Assembly: GCA_963810275.1 (NCBI GenBank)
Contig: CAWENF010000019.1
Span: 155,433-219,432, forward strand
Reading direction: 5' to 3'
DNA: 64,000 nt
Source of the DNA: an uncultured archaeon
GTDB taxonomy: Archaea; Thermoproteota; Bathyarchaeia; Bathyarchaeales; Bathycorpusculaceae
Shown: piece by piece, positions 62,069 to 64,000 of the stretch
Layout: the number at the start of each line of letters is the position of its first letter
How positions within the stretch are numbered: the first letter of the stretch is position 1
Notes under the pieces: model-generated
The model's database searches: none
What the model saw: the letters and a program-made list of their open reading frames with translations, nothing else
Told to the model about the DNA's origin: nothing
Made by a program: the position numbers and the translations under genes

Positions 62069-62731
62069 ATGATCGACTTTAACAGCAATTTTACGGAAAT
62101 CATCTTCTTCGATCTTGAGTGTTATGTTCCACCAGAAGATAGAACAAAACAAGGCAAGAGTTCGCTGATATATAACGCTGCATACCCCAACCACTTCATA
62201 CTCGGAGGAGTATTCCGTCGCCTGTATCCCATGAAGAGCTTATTGGAGCCAACATGGCAAATCTGGAACTTTGAAAGGAACAATGAAAAAGCAACAGTAA
62301 GTCAAATTTATGATTATTTTAACGAATCTTGGAAAAAGATAGATGCAAGAAACAGAAAAAATCATCCAGACCTAATTCTCATGGGCACAGGTATTTCAAG
62401 ACTCGATATTCCAGCACTCTATGTTCGTTCTCAACGATATGGAATTGAGTCTGATGAGGCCCTTTATGAGACATACTTCAAGGCCAAAGTAATAGACTTA
62501 GGAGATGTCGGAATTCCTTTATTCAGAAAGAACCCGAGAGTCTATCCGCTATACCCCAAGACTACTAATGACTTGATTCGTGAACTGAATATTCAAAGTC
62601 AAAAGCAGTCTGGGAAAAGAGTTTGGGATCTTTATGATTCAGGAGATTTTGAAGCTATTAAAAAGAGAACAGCCGTAGAGGTCGAAGATGCCGTAGAAAT
62701 TGCAAACAAAATTATTGGTCGATGCAAATGA
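62069..62731 (+). CDS. DnaQ-like/PolB-exonuclease-related 3'-5' exonuclease domain protein
   Basis: ExoI-like IFFDLEC, ExoII-like GISRLDIPAL, VIDL and a C-terminal helix with EVED. Confidence 0.6.
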   Translation: MIDFNSNFTEIIFFDLECYVPPEDRTKQGKSSLIYNAAYPNHFILGGVFRRLYPMKSLLEPTWQIWNFERNNEKATVSQIYDYFNESWKKIDARNRKNHPDLILMGTGISRLDIPALYVRSQRYGIESDEALYETYFKAKVIDLGDVGIPLFRKNPRVYPLYPKTTNDLIRELNIQSQKQSGKRVWDLYDSGDFEAIKKRTAVEVEDAVEIANKIIGRCK

Positions 62732-63036
62732 TTCGCAGGTACCCGCACGTGAACTGGAAAGTAAGTGCGAGTAAAAAAGGATTACTTGTTGAGCATAGAG
62801 CATATTAAATCTGAATCTCATAGAGCAAGCCAAGGGCTACTTGGGAAGAATAAAGGATGAGTCATGATCTATAAGTTTGGAACTTGAAAGACAATCCTTT
62901 CGAGTTGCTTCCATTCATTGAGGCTTGGCCGGAATAACGACAAGTGGCTTTCCAGACGTTAACGTAAAATAAAATAAGTTATAGCTGGTTCTGAGGTGTT
63001 GTTGGGTCATCTTGAGAACTTGCTAAACAGTAATAA

Positions 63037-63240
63037 TGAGAAGGCACCGCCTGGGAGACCAAAAGCCATCAAAAAGTTGAGTAATGAAAGGGTAGCTAAT
63101 GAAAGATTGCTTTTTATTCATCTACTTTAGTGTTGAAGCATCTTGAGTCTTACAGTTGTAAGCATGGTGATAATTCAAAGCAGGATGCGATAAGGCGCAT
63201 TATTCGTGAAGCCCTGTTGGCAGATGGCTTTACTCTTTAG
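63037..63240 (+). pseudogene. Possible frameshifted ribbon-helix-helix gene
   Basis: Frame ending TAG63240 reads KIAFYSSTLVLKHLESYSCKHGDNSKQDAIRRIIREALLADGFTL; an upstream frame reads PPGRPKAIKK. Confidence 0.35.
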
Positions 63241-63367
63241 GATTCCACGTACTTTCCGTCTCAATTTGCCCTTTTGCTTTTTTGTTACTGAATGTTCCTG
63301 AAATTTGGTATATCTGTGAACGCTCTTATGAGTTATAAACAAGAGATAGTTACTACCCTAAGTTATA

Positions 63368-63403
63368 TATCTTAAATATATCCTATAGGATAGTTATAAG
63401 ATA
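63368..63403. promoter_or_regulatory. 36-bp imperfect palindrome, candidate operator upstream of the RHH gene
   Basis: TATCTTA-N4-TATCCTATAGGATA-N4-TAAGATA. Confidence 0.55.
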
Positions 63404-63421
63404 GATAACGAGGGCAATAAG

Positions 63422-63610
63422 ATGAAAAAAATTCTTGTCAGTTTGCCTGATGGGGTATTCAAAACCGTTAGGGATTTAAAAGGTGAAATGGGCGAAAGTG
63501 ATAGTGAAGTAGTCCGCAACATCGTAGTAGCATACCTTTCAGAACAGGGTTATTTTAGCAGGATAACAGTAATGGGAATGGCAAGCACTAAGAATGAAAA
63601 ATCCAGTTAG
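63422..63610 (+). CDS. CopG/ribbon-helix-helix transcriptional regulator
   Basis: MKKILVSLPDG...GESDSEVVRNIVVAYL. Confidence 0.8.
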   Translation: MKKILVSLPDGVFKTVRDLKGEMGESDSEVVRNIVVAYLSEQGYFSRITVMGMASTKNEKSS

Positions 63611-63662
63611 TAATGCAAAAGGTGAACTCGAAAGATCTCAGGATTTACTTGACCATGTGGCT

Positions 63663-64000
63663 TTAATTATCAATCGGACAAAAAACACCACAATTCTCTC
63701 CACAAGTCACTATTTCTCTTATATATTTTCGAATGCATTTACCGCCTTTTTTTGAGTAAGCCTGTTTAGCTAAATCGTATTTGTCAGTATGCTGAAAACT
63801 TGTTATGTTGGGGGTAAGCATCCTGGCAATGCAGTTTTTCTTTAAGCAAAGGACTGACAAGAACTGGGGCTTCTTGGTAAATTTCCTTATGTTTTTCTAT
63901 CTTTATCTTCTCACCATTGACTAAAATGAGACCGACATTCTCGGTTTTCCAATTCTTGACTTTTTTTTCTGTTGCGACGTAAGCGTAATCTACAAAGTCT
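63663..64000 (-). CDS. 3' part of a putative PD-(D/E)XK (MmcB-like) nuclease-fold protein, running off the window, with indels
   Basis: DFVDYAYVA...NVGLILV from the window edge, joining ORF 63663..63860, which has a Cys-rich end. Confidence 0.4.

Noticed and set aside
1-64000. CRISPR array or cas genes
   Set aside because: No regularly spaced 24-40 bp repeats or cas motifs seen; the CARF remnant alone is not evidence of a CRISPR locus.

Overview
Archaeal chromosomal segment, most consistent with Bathyarchaeia (TACK lineage). This rests on an archaeal histone, Alba, TFB, Gar1, L7Ae/S28e/L24e/L40e/S17e, Hel308, RtcB, an Elf1-like zinc ribbon, an NAD(P)-type methylene-H4MPT dehydrogenase and a PQQ-repeat surface protein; the taxonomy is inferred from gene content only. 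Main blocks: P-type H+-ATPase; nucleotide-sugar genes; glycerate kinase-SAMP-DUF62 operon; purB and hel308; an iscS-like-iscU-sufS-small ORF Fe-S/sulfur operon; a ~10.7 kb glycan-modification cluster (two GT2, one GT4, two ALG11-like GT4, a deacetylase-like/GNAT fusion, a DUF3131 protein, a B12 radical SAM); alba-nusA-like-aspS; tfb/gar1 divergent from rpl7ae-rps28e-rpl24e; a dapA-dapB-asd-lysA-dapF-dapL lysine operon; ion and stress transporters; two tandem cyclophilins; tRNA-Gly(TCC) and tRNA-Arg(CCG); and an AT-richer, decayed accessory region after 60.4 kb. Many genes, including core ones, carry single-base indels, so part of the apparent pseudogenisation is probably consensus sequencing error. 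The strongest candidate for an undescribed system is the Fe-S operon. Its IscS-like protein keeps the persulfide Cys and PLP Lys but has lost most PLP- and substrate-binding residues, and it is paired with IscU, an intact SufS and a small Cys-containing ORF. All product calls come from motif recognition by eye; no database searches were run.
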